From IMG/VR virus record IMGVR_UViG_3300032007_000023, positions 64,001 through 128,000 of that record: a DNA stretch of 64,000 nucleotides. The stretch is one strand, 5' to 3'. Every line of letters starts with the position of its first letter. Position 1 is the stretch's first letter. The notes beneath the pieces are model-generated. The model made no database searches. It saw only the letters and a list, made by a program, of their open reading frames with translations, and was not told where the DNA came from. This DNA is from a virus. Taxonomy: Duplodnaviria; Caudoviricetes. The position numbers and the translations under genes are program-made. Positions 60,684-64,000 of this stretch are shown here, in pieces.

Positions 60684-60824
60684 TCCTTCCTATTTAATAA
60701 GTATTTTAGCTTTCGGTTCCGATGATGGTATAGAAATCATCACAATATATAGAATGTTCGTAAACGGAATGATAATTCCCTACGGATAAAGGGTTTAAAT
60801 ATTTTAATGAAAAGGAGATTTGAC

Positions 60825-63314
60825 ATGGCTAACAAAAAGGGTTTAATTGTTGACTGTGAGAAAAAGCCTTCATTTGAATTCAGTGCTTCTTTCAAAAAAT
60901 CTTTTGATGCTTTGATAGATGCATATTCAAAGGCTTTAGCAAAACTCAATAAAGTGTCAACAGGAAAAGATTTTAAGTCAGCTTACGGCGTTTGTAGTTG
61001 TAGCTATAAGCTCAGATACATTACTCCAAACGATGTGTCAACCTATGTATCTAATCTTATCAAAGGACTTGAATCTGGATTATTCAAAGACAGAGTTGGT
61101 GATGTTGAACTGTTTACAGTTGCATCAGTAAAACGTTTCATCGAGGACAATGGTTGTCCTGCTTTCGAAGACTCAACTGCTATCGATGAAGCCAACAATT
61201 ACGTCAATCCAAAGGAACAAACACTCCATGATCTTGCATGCCTCTGTGAGAATGATATTGGAAACGTTGCTGTATACTCCAATGGAGAAATGGTAAAGAG
61301 ACTTGATCTCATGAAAGAGGATGTAGCTAAAATGAATGATATGCATTTTGCTGCAAATCTTAAGAAGATCGTAAATGCTATGCCTGATGTTCTTAAGAAG
61401 GGTGACTGCTGGATTCTTGGTAACAAAGCATACATGCTCACTTTTGAAACATTCCTTCAGGATTTCATTCTCTTCGTATGTACTATCAATATCATAGGAG
61501 TACTTCAGCTTATATCATATGCAACACCTGATGTTGAATATGATGTAAAGGAAGATGAAAAGACAAAGAAGGTTGTTACAGAGTGCTGTCTTATCAACAC
61601 AACAAACTACATGGCTCGTACAAAAATTCCTTTCAATTGCAATATGAGAGATGTAGTTCTTCAGGACGTTACACCTGACTTCAAGGATGTACATGATGCT
61701 ATGCATTTCATCATGAAAGATCCTCGTTCTCCTATAAGTGTGCTCGTAAACAAGTATGCTTCTAAGGAAGAAATCAGAGATCATATGGATGGTGATTTCA
61801 TTGGTAGAATGTTTATCGGTTCCAACTTCAAGGGTTGGTGTGGAGATTACTACAAGAAAGATGGTAAAATGACTGATTCTCCTCGTAATGTAGACAACTT
61901 CGATACTGATGTGGATTGGTTAGATACTATCGCTTTCGGTAATAATTATCTTGACGGAAACTATCGTCGTGATGCTGTCGGTAACAACAAAGTTCATCCT
62001 ATAATGAACACTCTCGATATGATCTATCGTATCTTTGGTAACTGTGAACTCAAGACAAATGAAGAGCTTGCAAATAACATGGTTCGTGTTGCTGGTACAA
62101 TGAGAAGTATCGTTCATGCTTACAGAGGGGGTGAGCCTATTGAAAATTATGATCTCACAAAGGACGTTCTTGCTGTTCTTGGAGAGATCTTTACCAGAAA
62201 CATGCTGAGGCTGTTCTATAACAACACTCGTACATTCACCTATGAGGATGATATGCCTGATGCTTGTGCACCCGGTTTTATATGTATGGAAGAATTCACC
62301 ATGGATGACGTCGATCTTTCATTCATAATGGAGAATGGTGAACAGCAACAGGGTCAACAGGGTCAGCAGCAAACCGCTGTTCAGCAGGGTAATGCTAAAT
62401 CTGGTGTTACATTCACAAACAAACAGGGTCAACAGGCAAGTCCTTCTGGCGGACCGATGAAGTTAATAACCAAGCTTCTTGATTGGATAAAGAATCAGCT
62501 TGCTAAGTTCTCAGGAAACTTTGCTAAGAGATATAAGGCATATTCTGATTATGTTCAGAAGAATGCTAAAACAAACGATGCTATCAAAGCTGCTATTGCT
62601 GCTGGTAACTTCATTCCTAACTTAACGAATATTCCTGCATATCAACTTAATAAAGAGCGTCATATCGGTATGCCAAAAGAAAAGATTATAAGTGAGCTTC
62701 TCGATCCATCAAAGGAATACAATGCTGCAAAGGGTACATTCCAGATACTTCTCAATGATAAAAATGATGTAATAAATGACATCATGTCTGCTCAGAATAA
62801 TGCACAGGGTGATGATAATGCTAAGGGTAAAGCTGGTATTGAAGTTACTCTGAATTATTTCTTGTATGGTAAGACCAAACCGGAAATGATCAATGGAAAG
62901 ATGACCGATACATTCTGGGATGAACTCGTAGATGAGCTCAAAAACTGTATTCCATTTGTTGATGAAGCAACTAAGGCATTTACTAAGACTTCTACTGATG
63001 CAGCTGAAGCAGTAAAGGCTAAAGCAATGGAAGCTCAGCAGAATAATAACAATGATCTGTCCGCAAGATGTGATCAGGTTTCTAAGTCTCTTGGAAACCT
63101 TGAAAATATTCAACGTTCTGTATTAATCGAGTATGGTACAAAGTTCTTCCAGGGCAGATATAATCTCTATAGAGATATCGTAAATGGATTCAATCAGCAG
63201 AATAATAATACTAATACAGATCAACCAGCACAGCCTGCACAGCCTGCGGAACCAGCTAATCAACCACCACAAAATGGTGATCAAGCCAACGCTGGTGGAA
63301 ATAATAATGTATAA
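60825..63314 (+). CDS. large putative virion protein with Q/N-rich linkers
   Basis: AAGGAG SD before the ATG at 60825; VTEC, CMEE and IMEN motifs. Confidence 0.6.
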   Translation: MANKKGLIVDCEKKPSFEFSASFKKSFDALIDAYSKALAKLNKVSTGKDFKSAYGVCSCSYKLRYITPNDVSTYVSNLIKGLESGLFKDRVGDVELFTVASVKRFIEDNGCPAFEDSTAIDEANNYVNPKEQTLHDLACLCENDIGNVAVYSNGEMVKRLDLMKEDVAKMNDMHFAANLKKIVNAMPDVLKKGDCWILGNKAYMLTFETFLQDFILFVCTINIIGVLQLISYATPDVEYDVKEDEKTKKVVTECCLINTTNYMARTKIPFNCNMRDVVLQDVTPDFKDVHDAMHFIMKDPRSPISVLVNKYASKEEIRDHMDGDFIGRMFIGSNFKGWCGDYYKKDGKMTDSPRNVDNFDTDVDWLDTIAFGNNYLDGNYRRDAVGNNKVHPIMNTLDMIYRIFGNCELKTNEELANNMVRVAGTMRSIVHAYRGGEPIENYDLTKDVLAVLGEIFTRNMLRLFYNNTRTFTYEDDMPDACAPGFICMEEFTMDDVDLSFIMENGEQQQGQQGQQQTAVQQGNAKSGVTFTNKQGQQASPSGGPMKLITKLLDWIKNQLAKFSGNFAKRYKAYSDYVQKNAKTNDAIKAAIAAGNFIPNLTNIPAYQLNKERHIGMPKEKIISELLDPSKEYNAAKGTFQILLNDKNDVINDIMSAQNNAQGDDNAKGKAGIEVTLNYFLYGKTKPEMINGKMTDTFWDELVDELKNCIPFVDEATKAFTKTSTDAAEAVKAKAMEAQQNNNNDLSARCDQVSKSLGNLENIQRSVLIEYGTKFFQGRYNLYRDIVNGFNQQNNNTNTDQPAQPAQPAEPANQPPQNGDQANAGGNNNV

Positions 63315-63330
63315 GAAGGAGGTATAATTT

Positions 63331-64000
63331 ATGCTTAAACACATTTCAGAAGCAGTACAGCCTATTGCGGCAACTCCTTCTGCACCCAAAGCACCTACAA
63401 TACCAAAGACACCAACACCTTCTACAAGCTCGGCCGGAAGCACACCAAGTGCTCCGGCTGGTAATGCCGCACCGAAGATAGATACTTCAGCGGTTAAAGC
63501 AAAAATAGAAAGTGCTGTATCAGAATCTGCTGATCTTATCACAGCACTTGAATGTGTTGGTGCAATGTATGGTATTCCCGCAACAAACATTATTGCAGAT
63601 CCAAATGCTACTGGTATAAAGATCAGCAATGACAATATCATTGCTCCTCCAGTACCAGCAAAGAATCAGGCTAAACCAATCATTCAGGCTGTCGGTGGTG
63701 TCCTTGATTACATTTCTCAGAGAATCGATGATAAGCTTAATGCTCATCAGCTTGACAATATTGAGCAAGGTCGTATCGAAGATTCTATAAAGAGAAATGC
63801 AAATCCTCAAAAGGGTAAAGTCATTGGAAGATATGAAGATGATGAGGGTGGAGAGATTCTGGCATATGATACAGGTCTTGTTGATATGCCTAACACTGAT
63901 GCTGCTCGTTCGAAAGTAGCCGAACTCAGAGCTTCTAATACTATTCCTACATTCGATCCATCTATTGGAAGTAAGAATCCTGGTGATGAATATTTCAATG
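63331..64000 (+). CDS. hypothetical protein, 3'-truncated, P/A/T/S-rich N-terminus
   Basis: AAGGAGG SD; reads MLKHISEAVQPIAATPSAPKAP... and appears to run off the window. Confidence 0.7.
   Translation, partial: MLKHISEAVQPIAATPSAPKAPTIPKTPTPSTSSAGSTPSAPAGNAAPKIDTSAVKAKIESAVSESADLITALECVGAMYGIPATNIIADPNATGIKISNDNIIAPPVPAKNQAKPIIQAVGGVLDYISQRIDDKLNAHQLDNIEQGRIEDSIKRNANPQKGKVIGRYEDDEGGEILAYDTGLVDMPNTDAARSKVAELRASNTIPTFDPSIGSKNPGDEYFN

Noticed and set aside
63123-63641. 172-aa hydrophobic minus-strand ORF
   Set aside because: Antisense to two + strand genes with strong SD sites (60825 and 63331)
1-64000. Stop-codon reassignment
   Set aside because: Genes tile densely as long ORFs under the standard code, with no fragmentation
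1-64000. CRISPR array, tRNA or rRNA genes
   Set aside because: No regularly spaced repeats or cloverleaf-like sequences seen; intergenic spaces are short

Overview
This window is 64 kb of an AT-rich jumbo-phage genome, covering mostly virion morphogenesis genes. It is probably a phiKZ/AR9-like myophage, based on a stand-alone C-terminal beta fragment of a multisubunit RNA polymerase, a T4 gp21-type prohead protease, a major capsid protein, baseplate proteins and a 2605-aa tape-measure/peptidoglycan-hydrolase protein. Strong AGGAGG/GAGGTG Shine-Dalgarno sites point to a Firmicutes host. The left third is a tail-fibre/receptor-binding cluster, the middle holds a small putative early-gene island, and the right half encodes head proteins. 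Highlights: (1) a tail-fibre-like protein with a split Ruminococcus-type dockerin, suggesting attachment to host cellulosome cohesins; (2) a probable head cargo system, made of a shared ~55-aa leader ending in F/Y-Q-E, many hydrophobic-Q-E putative cleavage sites, and HExxH zincin cargo proteins with hydrophobic segments; (3) a tape-measure protein whose C39 peptidase is bracketed by YGSG(D/N) motifs; (4) an in-frame alternative 3' end behind rusA. All calls come from motif recognition by eye; no database searches were run.
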